A DNA stretch of 53,938 bases, from positions 1 through 53,938 of the IMG/VR virus record IMGVR_UViG_3300043353_000046. One strand, 5' to 3'. A program made the position numbers and the translations under genes. The stretch comes from a virus (taxonomy: Duplodnaviria > Caudoviricetes). Shown here piece by piece: positions 28,281 to 37,640 of this stretch. The notes under the pieces were generated by a model. The model was not told the origin of the DNA and did no database searches. It saw only the letters and a program-made list of their open reading frames with translations. Numbering within the stretch: position 1 is the stretch's first letter; every line of letters starts with the position of its first letter.

Positions 28281-28805
28281 ATGAAGTTCGACGAACAGAA
28301 GAGTGCGATGAACTGCGGCTGTGACGAGGGGGCAAACCACCCCTGTGAGCAGCATCCGATGGGAGCGTGGACGCTCCCGAGACTGACCAGCGGTTTCAGC
28401 CGGCCCCTGCGGACGGAAAGTGAGCGGATGCGTGCGGCAGATTGGACTCCACTGACGACCATCAAGGACAGCGGCGAGCGCATGACCTTCGCATCCGGCA
28501 GTATGCGCGACCCCAGCACCGGGAAAATCAAATGGAGCCGCATTCTGTTTGGCCCGATGGCGAGACGGTGGGCGCAGCACCTGACCACAGCGGAAGCGAA
28601 GTATCCAGACCCGAAGCCTGGGTTTCCGAACTTCATGCTCATCGAGACGGAAGAGGAGTTGGTCCGCTACAAGGAGTCCGCGCTGCGGCACTTCATGTCC
28701 TGGTTCCACGATGAGGTCGACGAGGACCACGCCAGTGCCACCTTCTTCAACATGAACGGCGTCGAGATTATCAAGGACAAACGCAAAGCTCGGGAGGGCA
28801 GATGA
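28281..28805 (+). CDS. dATP/dGTP diphosphohydrolase-like (DUF5664) protein
   Basis: F.SG.MRD...GK, A.KY...NF, SALRH, EDH.SA..FN motifs. Confidence 0.8.
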   Translation: MKFDEQKSAMNCGCDEGANHPCEQHPMGAWTLPRLTSGFSRPLRTESERMRAADWTPLTTIKDSGERMTFASGSMRDPSTGKIKWSRILFGPMARRWAQHLTTAEAKYPDPKPGFPNFMLIETEEELVRYKESALRHFMSWFHDEVDEDHASATFFNMNGVEIIKDKRKAREGR

Positions 28806-29398
28806 GAATTGGCGTAGACATCGACGGCGTCCTCGCAGACTTCAACAGCGCATTCATCCATCGGGTCACCGAGGTCACCAACAAGGACCTGTTCCCCGTG
28901 CGGCCGTTCGATATTCCGACCTGGAACTACCCTCAGCACTATGGGTACACGGAAGCTGAAGTATCGGCGGTCTGGGAAGACATCAAGGCGGACCCGAACT
29001 TCTGGTACGACCTTGTCGAGTATCCGCAGACGCAAGAAGCGCTGGGCGTGCTGAAGTCGATGGAGAGCTTCTCGGCGGCCGAAGTCTACTTCATCACCGC
29101 TCGGCCGGGGACGGAAGTGAAGTATCAGACCGAGGGCTGGCTGCTCGAAACGGGCTTCGCGTGTCCCACGGTGCTCATCTCCAGTGCCAAGGGTCTGTGT
29201 GCGCGAGCGCTCAACCTCACCCACTACATTGATGACCGCTGGGAAAATGTGGTGGACGTCCGCAACTACAACCCGAACACGCAGGTGTTCCTGCTCACGC
29301 AGCCGTGGAACAAGGACAACGATGCCGAGTTCCAGGGCGTCCAGCGCGTCGAGTCGGTCATGCAGTTCCTGCAGCACGAGCCTGTGGTGGTTGGGTAA
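28802..29398 (+). CDS. HAD-family 5'(3')-deoxyribonucleotidase
   Basis: DIDGVLADF, ITAR, YIDD, QPWN. Confidence 0.88.
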   Translation: MRIGVDIDGVLADFNSAFIHRVTEVTNKDLFPVRPFDIPTWNYPQHYGYTEAEVSAVWEDIKADPNFWYDLVEYPQTQEALGVLKSMESFSAAEVYFITARPGTEVKYQTEGWLLETGFACPTVLISSAKGLCARALNLTHYIDDRWENVVDVRNYNPNTQVFLLTQPWNKDNDAEFQGVQRVESVMQFLQHEPVVVG

Positions 29399-29592
29399 TG
29401 AGGGGACATCGCTTCTCGTGGTTCAATGACGGGACGGAAAGCCGCTTTTCGGACCCGCCAGCGAACACTCCGTGCGAGCACTGTGGCAGGCCATTCGCAG
29501 AGGTGAAGGACAACATCCACTTCTGCCTCAGCGCCTGGAGCAAGCATCCGAACCGGGTGGCGTTCGTCAGCGCCTTGCAGGGGGTCGAGTAG
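29398..29592 (+). CDS. Small Cys/His protein
   Basis: TAATG overlap; CEHC...HFC. Confidence 0.5.
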   Translation: MRGHRFSWFNDGTESRFSDPPANTPCEHCGRPFAEVKDNIHFCLSAWSKHPNRVAFVSALQGVE

Positions 29593-29594
29593 AC

Positions 29595-29795
29595 ATGGAC
29601 CGTTTCCTCCGCCTGCCCGAGGTGCTACACGTCACCGGCCTCGGGCGCACGACCATCTGGGAGCGCGAGAAGGCGGGCACCTTCCCGCCACGCACACGGC
29701 TGGGAGGCAAGGCGGTGGGCTGGAGGGAGTCGGCCATTCTCGCGTGGATGGAGGCGCCGGCAGGGGAGTCAGCAGAACCCCTCAGACGTCGGTAG
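29595..29795 (+). CDS. AlpA-family excisionase/regulator
   Basis: FLRLPEV..TGLGRTTIW......FP....LG..AVGW.ES.I..W. Confidence 0.92.
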   Translation: MDRFLRLPEVLHVTGLGRTTIWEREKAGTFPPRTRLGGKAVGWRESAILAWMEAPAGESAEPLRRR

Positions 29796-29810
29796 CACCC
29801 ACGTAGCACC
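29792..29810 (+). repeat. Integrase arm-type sites (left arm)
   Basis: GTAGCACC twice at 11-bp spacing. Confidence 0.65.
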
Positions 29811-29820
29811 TTACACAGCC

Positions 29821-29843
29821 AGGGCCACCATCGAGGTGGCCTT
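29821..29843. terminator. Hairpin/terminator beyond the 3' end of the attP tRNA fragment
   Basis: AGGGCCACC-ATCGA-GGTGGCCTT with a T-rich tail on the + strand. Confidence 0.65.
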
Positions 29844-29865
29844 TGTTGTTTTTACTGAGGAATCA

Positions 29866-29912
29866 TGGAGCCGGCGAGAGGACTCGGACCTCCGACCTGC
29901 TGATTACGAATC
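29866..29912 (-). mobile_element. attP core: 3' half of tRNA-Thr(CGT) ending in CCA
   Basis: Minus strand GATTCGTAATCAGCAGGTCGGAGGTCCGAGTCCTCTCGCCGGCTCCA, between xis and int. Confidence 0.85.
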
Positions 29913-30020
29913 TGAGTTCGTACTGATTCGTGGACGTTCGGCATTGTTCGGATGTCTGATTTTCCCTCTGAGAGGACGTTCGGGGGTGCTCGCTCTCAAC
30001 CGCTCCTATCCGCCCCTCCC

Positions 30021-30050
30021 ATAGCACCCGTGTAGCGCAGGTTGTAGCAC
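30021..30050 (+). repeat. Integrase arm-type sites (right arm)
   Basis: ATAGCACC, GTAGCGC and GTAGCAC at 11-12 bp spacing. Confidence 0.6.
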
Positions 30051-30078
30051 TGGCGCGGTTCCTGCTACGCTGCCGGTC

Positions 30079-31362
30079 ATGCCGTCCACGCTCAAGTTCG
30101 AGTTCACCCAGGCCACGCTCACGGGCCTTGTGCCCCTGTCGAAGCGGCAGGAATACTTCGATGCCAAGCAGCCAGGGCTCACGGTCATCGTCCACCCGAG
30201 CGGCAAGAAGACGTTCAGCCACTACTACCGGGTGAAGGGGGCTAAGGCGCCTACCCGGCATATCCTCGGCTACTTTGGGCCTGGGGGCTGTGGACTCTCA
30301 GAAGCCCGCCAGCGCGTCCGGGACGGGGCGGCCCTAGTCAGGGCAGGGCAGGACCCTCGGAAGCCCCAGGGCGAGGCAGTGGACCCGACCGGCAGGCGGT
30401 TCAAGGACCTCACAGCGCTCTATCTGAAACTTCATGCGCTCCCCAAGAAGAAGCGCCCCAGCGAGGACATCAGGATTGTCGACAAGGAGCTGCTGCCGCT
30501 GTGGGGCGATAGGCTCGCCGGCAGCATCACCAGAAGGGATACCGCTCAACTCCTCGCCGGGGTCGCCACCAGGGGGACCCGCATGTCTGATGTGGTCCGT
30601 GCTCTTATCAGTAAAATCTTCAACTTCGGCATCGCCCAGGGCTGGGACGAGATTACCAGCAACCCGGTGATTGGAACCGACACTCGCCATGTCGGCAGTG
30701 GCCGAAAGGTCTATCCGACGATGGAAGAGTTCAAACGCCTGTGGGAGGTCTGGGACGCCTGGATTGAGGAAGGCCGGTCGATGTTGGGGTGGCAGTTTCA
30801 GCTGCGAGCGCTCACCGCCCAGCGAGGCGCGGAGGTCCTGCAGATGCAGTGGTCCACGCTGTCGGGGGACCATTGGGTGAAGCCGTTTGAGATTCGGAAG
30901 CGCCGGCTGACGAGCCCCCACCACGACCCCTACCTGATTGTGCTCAGTCCGATGGCGTTGGAGATTCTGGGGAAGATTCGTGCCCTCGGGCAACCCAGCG
31001 ATTGGGTGTTCCCCGCCCGAGCGAGAGCGGGACAGGACCCGAAAGCCACTCTCAACTTCTTCGCGGCCGAGACCGAGGAGCTGTGTGCGCGAGCGAAGGT
31101 GACGGACTTCAGCCCGCATCGGCTGAGGCATTGGGCTTCGACGGCAGCCAATGCAGCGGGTTGCAACCCCGATTGGGTAGAGCGCTACATCGACCACGAG
31201 ATTGGCGGAGTCGCGGGTATCTACAACCTCTATCAGTATGAGGTGGAGAAGCGAACGGTGGCGTATGCGATTGAGAACAAGGTCAGGGAGGCGCTGGGGC
31301 GGGAGGCGATTGAGATGCCGGCTAGTAAACTTCTACCACCAGTCGGCGCGACATCCGCTTGA
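30079..31362 (+). CDS. int: Tyrosine integrase with N-terminal arm-binding domain
   Basis: D...PGL..IV.PSGKKTF; TAQRGAEV (R), PHRLRH, IDH, GIYN (Y). Confidence 0.95.
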   Translation: MPSTLKFEFTQATLTGLVPLSKRQEYFDAKQPGLTVIVHPSGKKTFSHYYRVKGAKAPTRHILGYFGPGGCGLSEARQRVRDGAALVRAGQDPRKPQGEAVDPTGRRFKDLTALYLKLHALPKKKRPSEDIRIVDKELLPLWGDRLAGSITRRDTAQLLAGVATRGTRMSDVVRALISKIFNFGIAQGWDEITSNPVIGTDTRHVGSGRKVYPTMEEFKRLWEVWDAWIEEGRSMLGWQFQLRALTAQRGAEVLQMQWSTLSGDHWVKPFEIRKRRLTSPHHDPYLIVLSPMALEILGKIRALGQPSDWVFPARARAGQDPKATLNFFAAETEELCARAKVTDFSPHRLRHWASTAANAAGCNPDWVERYIDHEIGGVAGIYNLYQYEVEKRTVAYAIENKVREALGREAIEMPASKLLPPVGATSA

Positions 31363-31639
31363 GGGCGTTGCCCTTGGTGTCCTGACCGACCGTTGTTACC
31401 CACACTTCGTAGTGGCCTGTCCGCAGCGTCAGCTCCTTCGTCCACCCATGCCGGTCCACCTCGCTGACCGTCCAGCAGTTCGAGCCAGGGGTAGCCGCCT
31501 CCCCATCTGACTCCCAAATCAGACAGACCGTGCCGGCGAGGAAGTCTTCATCCGTCCTGATGTTGACGGTCGTCTTCAGTGGCGACATGCCGATGGTGAC
31601 CCGAATGGTCAGCAGGAGGGAGAGGAAGAAAGGTACCAT
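31322..31639 (-). CDS. Small putatively exported beta protein
   Basis: Hydrophobic N-terminus; convergent with int. Confidence 0.5.
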   Translation of the reverse strand: MVPFFLSLLLTIRVTIGMSPLKTTVNIRTDEDFLAGTVCLIWESDGEAATPGSNCWTVSEVDRHGWTKELTLRTGHYEVWVTTVGQDTKGNALKRMSRRLVVEVY

Positions 31640-31661
31640 GTACCCACCAAGTATAACAGGG

Positions 31662-31919
31662 TCAGAGGGAGGGTCGAAAAGGCAGGCCATTCCGACGCCG
31701 GTCTGAGGTGGTTGGATAGAGATGATGCTGGAGGCCCTTCTTGCGACCGTTCAGGACCTCCAGCAACCAGGGCCGGCGCACATACTGCTTCTCGTAGCAG
31801 GTGGAGCAGAGGACTGCGTGAGGAGCCGGGTTACTACAGTCCCTGCACTGACCTCGCAGCCTCCGCTTCGCCCTATCGAGCGCCTGCCAGCGACGTCGAT
31901 GGGCCAGTCGGTCGTCCAC
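31662..31919 (-). CDS. Small Zn-finger protein
   Basis: GQCRDC...LCSTCYEK. Confidence 0.5.
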   Translation of the reverse strand: MDDRLAHRRRWQALDRAKRRLRGQCRDCSNPAPHAVLCSTCYEKQYVRRPWLLEVLNGRKKGLQHHLYPTTSDRRRNGLPFRPSL

Positions 31920-32182
31920 TAGTTGAGGCTCGTGGGCGCCGGCAGCAGGGAGTACAGCTGCCCGATTGCTGTCCGGGCGGTCTCGATGTTCCGCACACGC
32001 GACGGGTAGTCCTTGACCTCCATCGAGTACGTGACCACTCGGGCGCACAGCGTGAAGATGGCGGAGGCGATTTCCCCGCTGGTGGCATCGAGCATCGGTG
32101 TCGCGACGACATCAAGCATCAGAGCGATGAGGTCTTCGATAACCTCGGGTCGGGGCTTCGTGTGAACTTCGGGAGTGTTCAT
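31919..32182 (-). CDS. Hypothetical protein
   Basis: Operon-coupled. Confidence 0.6.
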   Translation of the reverse strand: MNTPEVHTKPRPEVIEDLIALMLDVVATPMLDATSGEIASAIFTLCARVVTYSMEVKDYPSRVRNIETARTAIGQLYSLLPAPTSLN

Positions 32183-32541
32183 TCTGCGTCATCCTTCTGG
32201 CCGGGGACCGAAACCTTCTCGTACGACTTCGACGGGACGATTTCCACCGCACCCTTGTAGATGCTGATGTCCCCGCCATCCGCGATGAACTTCTTCTCGT
32301 TGAACTTGCTGCGAGTGGGGGAGATGAGGGTGGTCTTGTACCCCTCCAACTCCAGCGAGACTTCGCCGGTATCCTCCCGCAGGTCTGCAATCTCGGCCTT
32401 CAGTGCGTCCATGCGTGCTTTCGCCGCATCGAGCTTGACCTTGAGGTCCGCGTATTCCCTGAACTTGGTCAGCAGCTTCTGCTTCAGCTTCGGGGCCAGC
32501 TTGACCGTCGTGGTCGTGGTGGTCGTGAGACTCAATCCCAT
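32179..32541 (-). CDS. Coiled-coil protein (frame open upstream to 32688)
   Basis: GAGGAG RBS before ATG 32541; heptad pattern. Confidence 0.6.
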   Translation of the reverse strand: MGLSLTTTTTTTVKLAPKLKQKLLTKFREYADLKVKLDAAKARMDALKAEIADLREDTGEVSLELEGYKTTLISPTRSKFNEKKFIADGGDISIYKGAVEIVPSKSYEKVSVPGQKDDAE

Positions 32542-32684
32542 TTCTCTTCTCCTCAACTCGTGATAGCTCTCGGTGTAGCGTTCGAGGCGTTCGATGAAAA
32601 ACTCAGTCGACGGAATGTGGCAGTGAAAGGGTTCGTTGAGAACCTTGGTGTCCAGCTTGATTTGCTGGAGCAGGTCACCGCTGG

Positions 32685-32990
32685 TCATGACGTGAAGACC
32701 GGAATGCCTTTGAACAGCACGTGCTCGCGTTCGATGTTGGCTCGCCGGTAGAGGAAGTTCTGACGCATCCAGCGACTCTTTCCTGGGAGAAACCCTTCAG
32801 CATCGTCATCCAGCCCAGGGACCCAGACCTTCACATGCGCCAGTCCAAACTCCAGCGCTTCATAGTCCCCACGCTCAACAAAGAACGCATCGGGTAGGTC
32901 GCGCATCGAGCGAACATTCGTCGACTGGCGAAGACTGGCCTCGATAGCGCGGAATCGACGTAGCAGGCGCTTGGTCTCTCCGAAGGTCAT
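32685..32990 (-). CDS. Hypothetical protein
   Basis: ATGA overlaps. Confidence 0.55.
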   Translation of the reverse strand: MTFGETKRLLRRFRAIEASLRQSTNVRSMRDLPDAFFVERGDYEALEFGLAHVKVWVPGLDDDAEGFLPGKSRWMRQNFLYRRANIEREHVLFKGIPVFTS

Positions 32991-33106
32991 GCGTGCAGCC
33001 CCTGCAGCAGCCATGTGACCAGCACGGCGAGAATCCACGCCCAGGCGAGCGCCCAGAGCAGGATGCCGATGCGGAGGAGCCAGGAGACGTAGCGACAGAG
33101 TTTCAT
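32987..33106 (-). CDS. Small membrane protein (39 aa)
   Basis: MKLCRYVSWLLRIGILLWALAWAWILAVLVTWLLQGLHA. Confidence 0.5.
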   Translation of the reverse strand: MKLCRYVSWLLRIGILLWALAWAWILAVLVTWLLQGLHA

Positions 33107-33112
33107 GTACCC

Positions 33113-33337
33113 CTATACCCGAGAGCCAACTAGCGTGTATCGCCAGACGCGGCCTTTCTCGCGTGTGGACCGAATGTCCCAGCCCTGTCGACGGAGCCAG
33201 AAAATCACCGAGCCAAAGCGCCAGCCGCCGACCAACACCAGCGCAGGACCCGAGAGCCCAGCGGAGCCAGCGTCAATCAACGCCTGACGAACGGCGTCAA
33301 TGTGCAGCTCGGTTGGGTCCATAACCTTCTCGCTCAT
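33113..33337 (-). CDS. Small winged-helix protein
   Basis: WRFGSVIFWLRRQGWDI.S......Y.L pattern. Confidence 0.65.
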   Translation of the reverse strand: MSEKVMDPTELHIDAVRQALIDAGSAGLSGPALVLVGGWRFGSVIFWLRRQGWDIRSTREKGRVWRYTLVGSRV

Positions 33338-35385
33338 TTGTGATACCTCTCTCCGGTCCAGCCCTCGGCAGCGACCGGGCAGCCGTCCGCCCACTCTGGG
33401 CATTCAGCCATCAGCGCTTCGAACGCATGTACCTCACCCAGCAAGGGGTGTGCCTCAGCGACCAATTCATCATGGACCGTGAGGATGATGTTGTAGATAC
33501 CCGTGTTTTCGGCCCGAACCATCGCGGCGGCCATCAAATCCCGCGCAATCGCCTGCACATAGTTCTCGACCAACGAGCCCCCGTACGTCCTCTGTTCACA
33601 CCACTGGTGGGTGGTCGCACTGACACCCATGAAGGACAGTTGGAGCTTATCGGTACCCCATGAGGTCCGACCCATTTTGACCTTCGGGTTCGGATACACA
33701 ATGCGTCGGCCGCTCGGCAGGTAGCAGTAGAGGAACCAGCCTTCCTTCTTGTAGGTGATGCGACCCACTGTATACGCCTTACCGGGGTTCTGGACGGCAG
33801 CGATGGCGGCAGCCTCGGTGGCATACCACATCTCCTTCACCCGCCAGAACTTGGTCCGGTAGGCGTCCACAACGCCCTGACTGAAGTCCTCGTCGATGAT
33901 GACGCCATAGGTCTTGGCTGAATCGACGAACCGACTGGCGCCCATCTGGAACCCCAGACCGAGGATAGCGGCCTTCCCCAGCTGACGCTCTTGCGGGTGG
34001 TCTTTCTTGTTGCACGGGCGCTGGTAGATTTCACACGCCATCGCGATGTAGGGGTCTGCACCAGGAGTGCGGAACAGCGCCAGACCCTCTTCGTCCTCAG
34101 CGCACCAGAGGAGCACACGGGCCTCGATAGACGCATAGTCGGCCACGAACAAATGCTTCCCCGATGACGGGATGATGGCGCCTCTCAGCGCATACGACAG
34201 TGGCTTCATCACCGAGTCCCACTCGCCCACGATGATGTCGCGGGCACGCGTTTTCAGCAGCGCCCACGTCGCATCCATGTCGCTGACACTCTTGTCGCCT
34301 TTCGGGAAGTTGTGGGGTTGGACACCCTTACCACTCCACCGTCCCGTGCCGGCGCCATGATAGAGGAGTCCCCCTCGGACCCTCCAATCACCGACCGACC
34401 AGTTCTTCATCGCCTCATACTTGGCAGTGCTCGACTTGCCGAGCATGAACATCAGCTCGACACCTCGACGCAACTCAGGACTCAGCCAGTCCCAGGTCAG
34501 CATCTCTTCGAGGGTCTGCTTTTGGGTGTTCTCGACCGCCAGCCCGTGTTCCGCAAACCACGCGACCATCTGGGCACGCTTGGTCGCCCGGTCGACTTTG
34601 CCCCCGGTCAACTCCTTCAACTCCGCATTGAGGACGACGGTCTCCTTGGCGATGAGCGCCAGCGCCGTCTCCACAGCCTCGCTATCGAGCTGGAAGCCAC
34701 GAGCGTTAATCTTCTGGTCCAGCAGGTAGAGTTCGGTTTCCTCGGGACTCAGGTCGGGAATCATCGCGGACAACGCCTCTTCCGCGAGCACGTCCTGACA
34801 GCAATACGCCCACAACTGGACGTAGAGGTCGAAGGACTCATGATAGACACGCGGATGCGGCTTCTTCCCGTGTTTCAGCTTCCACGCTTCCAACTCCTTC
34901 TTGCGGGGCTTGCGGGGTTTGGTCAGCTTCTTCATGACCTTGCTGCCACTCGCGTCCTTGCGAATCCGCATCATCAGCGCTGCACACGCCTCATCGAGTC
35001 CTCGGGGGAGCGCATGGGACGCGGCCTTCGCACCCGAGCAACGCCACTGATGATTTTGTATCTCTGGCCACCCATAGCGGGGGACCATGATGTTCACCCA
35101 CATACAGAACTCGAACCAGTTGATGTGGGCTTCGACGAGTCCACCTGATTGAATCCATTTGAATAACTCGACCAGCTCGGGACCGTCGCCCTCATCCTCA
35201 ATCCCAAACTTCCGGTAGATGGGATGCCAGATAGCGGTCTTGTCCTTCGGCCAGTAGGGGAGCCGGAAGGCAAAGCACATGACTTCGGTGGTCGGATGCT
35301 GGCTGTAGACCCACGTGCCATGCGCTTTGATGTCGCAGGCGGATCTTGTTTCAAAATCGATCACGCTTTTGAGAGCGTTAGACAT
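33334..35385 (-). CDS. polA: Family A DNA polymerase with 3'-5' exonuclease
   Basis: DFETRS; TGRWSG; motif A DYASIEARV; motif B RQLGKAAILGLGF; motif C VHDELV. Confidence 0.95.
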   Translation of the reverse strand: MSNALKSVIDFETRSACDIKAHGTWVYSQHPTTEVMCFAFRLPYWPKDKTAIWHPIYRKFGIEDEGDGPELVELFKWIQSGGLVEAHINWFEFCMWVNIMVPRYGWPEIQNHQWRCSGAKAASHALPRGLDEACAALMMRIRKDASGSKVMKKLTKPRKPRKKELEAWKLKHGKKPHPRVYHESFDLYVQLWAYCCQDVLAEEALSAMIPDLSPEETELYLLDQKINARGFQLDSEAVETALALIAKETVVLNAELKELTGGKVDRATKRAQMVAWFAEHGLAVENTQKQTLEEMLTWDWLSPELRRGVELMFMLGKSSTAKYEAMKNWSVGDWRVRGGLLYHGAGTGRWSGKGVQPHNFPKGDKSVSDMDATWALLKTRARDIIVGEWDSVMKPLSYALRGAIIPSSGKHLFVADYASIEARVLLWCAEDEEGLALFRTPGADPYIAMACEIYQRPCNKKDHPQERQLGKAAILGLGFQMGASRFVDSAKTYGVIIDEDFSQGVVDAYRTKFWRVKEMWYATEAAAIAAVQNPGKAYTVGRITYKKEGWFLYCYLPSGRRIVYPNPKVKMGRTSWGTDKLQLSFMGVSATTHQWCEQRTYGGSLVENYVQAIARDLMAAAMVRAENTGIYNIILTVHDELVAEAHPLLGEVHAFEALMAECPEWADGCPVAAEGWTGERYHK

Positions 35386-35881
35386 GGTTCCACGCTCGAT
35401 GCACGTTGATGCGATTGATGGTCATGCGACAGACGCCGTACTCAGTCGCAAGGTCTCTCTGCGTTTCACCGTCAGCGAGACGACGTCGAATCTGCACAAC
35501 CTTGGTGGGTGAGAGAACGTACTTGCGGCGAACCCGCTTTAGCATATCCCACACGTTGTCTGCCCTCGTCCCATACTCTAGATTGCCTGCGTGTGCGTTC
35601 TGCCGGTCATCATCTTTGTGACGCACTTCGCAACCTTCGGGACATGGCCCGATGAAGGCAGCGGCGACCAGAGCGTGAACACAATACGTACGCCCTCTCC
35701 CAAGACACACTGTTGGATACCCGTTACTGGCAATACCCGGTCGAAGCATCTGCGGCTTCTTGCGTCTGCGCTCCGCAGCAGGTTTGCGTAGATCCCCGCC
35801 CAAGGCGGCCCAACTACGAACGCGACCGAGGTTAGAGACCTCATAGTCAGAATGGTGCGTCGGTCGCCACTCCTCGGCCAT
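35378..35881 (-). CDS. NUMOD4-HNH homing endonuclease
   Basis: EEWRP..YEVSNLGRVRS; VH.LVA.AF; H.D....N....NLEYGT..DN. Confidence 0.92.
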   Translation of the reverse strand: MAEEWRPTHHSDYEVSNLGRVRSWAALGGDLRKPAAERRRKKPQMLRPGIASNGYPTVCLGRGRTYCVHALVAAAFIGPCPEGCEVRHKDDDRQNAHAGNLEYGTRADNVWDMLKRVRRKYVLSPTKVVQIRRRLADGETQRDLATEYGVCRMTINRINVHRAWNHV

Positions 35882-36471
35882 TAGAACGGCCTCGCGTACA
35901 GAGAGTCCGCCCGATACAACGACAGCATCGGCGCCCCCGACAGCGGGACCTTCGACCAGATCATCCAGGCCGTCGTGACGCTGTCGGAATTGCCGTTGCC
36001 CGTGAAGCTGTAGCGCGGCATCACGAGCTTACGGGTGAGCGGGTTGGCTTCGAGGAACGGGCCTCGGGGGTTGACGTGAGCGGTAGGCTCCTCGAAGGAG
36101 AGCCGCAACATCATCGCCACGCCCACACGAGCGTGCTTGATGGCGTTGGCCACGATGTTCGTGCAGAGGGGCATCACGTAGGGCGGGTTGGTGATGATCC
36201 AATCGAACTCACGCCCGTAGAGAGGCGAGGTATAGCACTCGTCGGTGGACGCACACACATTGTTGTTCGCCGTGATGTCTTCATCGACGTCATTCGTAAA
36301 GACAATGAGGCCACCTTCCTGGGCGAGCACGTCCACGATAGACCCATCGCCCGAACAGCATTCCAGCACGTTGCCGTCAATCTCGGGGACATGCGCCAGC
36401 AGGGCTCGGGTCATCCATGCGGGCGTGTAGTAGGCATCGAGAGGCCGCCGTGTACCCTTGGTGCGCTTCAC
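35881..36471 (-). CDS. Amino (N6-A/N4-C) DNA methyltransferase
   Basis: DAYYTP, ECCSGDG SAM loop, ITNPPY. Confidence 0.85.
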   Translation of the reverse strand: MKRTKGTRRPLDAYYTPAWMTRALLAHVPEIDGNVLECCSGDGSIVDVLAQEGGLIVFTNDVDEDITANNNVCASTDECYTSPLYGREFDWIITNPPYVMPLCTNIVANAIKHARVGVAMMLRLSFEEPTAHVNPRGPFLEANPLTRKLVMPRYSFTGNGNSDSVTTAWMIWSKVPLSGAPMLSLYRADSLYARPF

Positions 36472-37286
36472 TTGGTCCCCCGCAGAAACTCCACCACCCG
36501 CTCGGCGTGCTTCATGCCAAACAACTTGGACTTGCCATTCTTGTCGGGCACTTCGAGGGTGGCCCACTGGCGGGCATTCGCGGCAGCTGCGTTAGCGACA
36601 GACCCGAAAGCCCGCTCGGCCGCGAGACTGACACGCACGCCGACTCCCGGCCAACGCGTCATCGCCTGACGCCTCTCGTTGAGGGGTATGAAAGTAGTGG
36701 GCTTGTGCATCGCCAGATGGCTCTTGTGATCGTCCATCGAGTCGGTGTCAGTCCACCATCGGTATTGGCGAGCGATCCACCGCAGCGTGTCGCGCCTCGT
36801 GTTGGTCTCCTTGACCATGATGCCGGCGTTGAGGAAGTAGGTCAGCAGGTGGCCTTCGTACTCGGAGGCGTTCATCTTGCCGGGCACAGGCGCCCACTGC
36901 TGCCGATACTTGCTGTAGGCGCAGACGAGCCCCTGCCGGTCACTCGTCCAGGCGCCCTCGATCAACAGCCAGGCGTAGTCGAAGGTAGGCTGCTCGGTGA
37001 AGGGGCTCAGGCCGGGGAGCTGATGGCCGGCGAGTCTGCCATCCCTGATGCTCCCAATGGTCTCGTTGAGTGTCTTGAACTCGATGCCGATGTCGACCGA
37101 CTTGCCCTTACGACCATTGCCAGAGAACGCGACGTCTCCGAAATTCAAGGTCGTCTTCTCAACAGGCAGTCCGAGGTCACGCAAAGGCTGAATCAATTCT
37201 CGACTACCTGCGCGGTAGTCAATGAGCAGCAAGGGGCACCCACTGAATGCGTCCACCGACGTGCGCGATGACAACCGGGTAGACAT
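36468..37286 (-). CDS. ERCC4/XPF-domain nuclease with HhH (start uncertain, possibly TTG near 37232)
   Basis: IDYR, GDV, EFKT, LLIEG, WPGVG. Confidence 0.8.
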   Translation of the reverse strand: MSTRLSSRTSVDAFSGCPLLLIDYRAGSRELIQPLRDLGLPVEKTTLNFGDVAFSGNGRKGKSVDIGIEFKTLNETIGSIRDGRLAGHQLPGLSPFTEQPTFDYAWLLIEGAWTSDRQGLVCAYSKYRQQWAPVPGKMNASEYEGHLLTYFLNAGIMVKETNTRRDTLRWIARQYRWWTDTDSMDDHKSHLAMHKPTTFIPLNERRQAMTRWPGVGVRVSLAAERAFGSVANAAAANARQWATLEVPDKNGKSKLFGMKHAERVVEFLRGTK

Positions 37287-37494
37287 CGTAATTCCTGCCG
37301 TAGCGGGCCGTCACCCCACCGCGTGTCATTCTCTCCCACGCTTCGAGGGCGTAGTGGTCAGAATTACCGTCGATGACGACCCGACCACCCTTCCGCACGC
37401 GTCCAGTGAATAGCATCCGAACGCCAATACGCTGCCCAATAGAGTAGAGACCTGTGTTGACCTTTATGAAGTTGTGCGGAGCAGCGAGGTTCAC
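37219..37494 (-). CDS. Hypothetical protein
   Basis: Operon-coupled. Confidence 0.5.
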   Translation of the reverse strand: MNLAAPHNFIKVNTGLYSIGQRIGVRMLFTGRVRKGGRVVIDGNSDHYALEAWERMTRGGVTARYGRNYDVYPVVIAHVGGRIQWVPLAAH

Positions 37495-37640
37495 AGCGTC
37501 ACCCCGTAGTAACTAGCTGCCTGCTTGAGAAGGCGTTCACGCTCGCCCGCATACATCTTGTCCAGAATCGCCAGCACCAACGCGAACACCTTGATGTGCT
37601 GGGGAACGGTGACTTCGGTCTTGAGGGTGGAGACCTTCAT
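37491..37640 (-). CDS. Small hypothetical protein (49 aa)
   Basis: Fills the gap, overlapping at both ends. Confidence 0.5.
   Translation of the reverse strand: MKVSTLKTEVTVPQHIKVFALVLAILDKMYAGERERLLKQAASYYGVTL

Noticed and set aside
29866-29912. Functional tRNA-Thr gene
   Set aside because: The 5' half (acceptor 5' strand and D arm) is absent, so it is interpreted as attP
28281-35385. 2-aminoadenine (Z) genome system suggested by DUF5664 plus PolA
   Set aside because: No PurZ/adenylosuccinate-synthetase or HD-domain DatZ gene is visible
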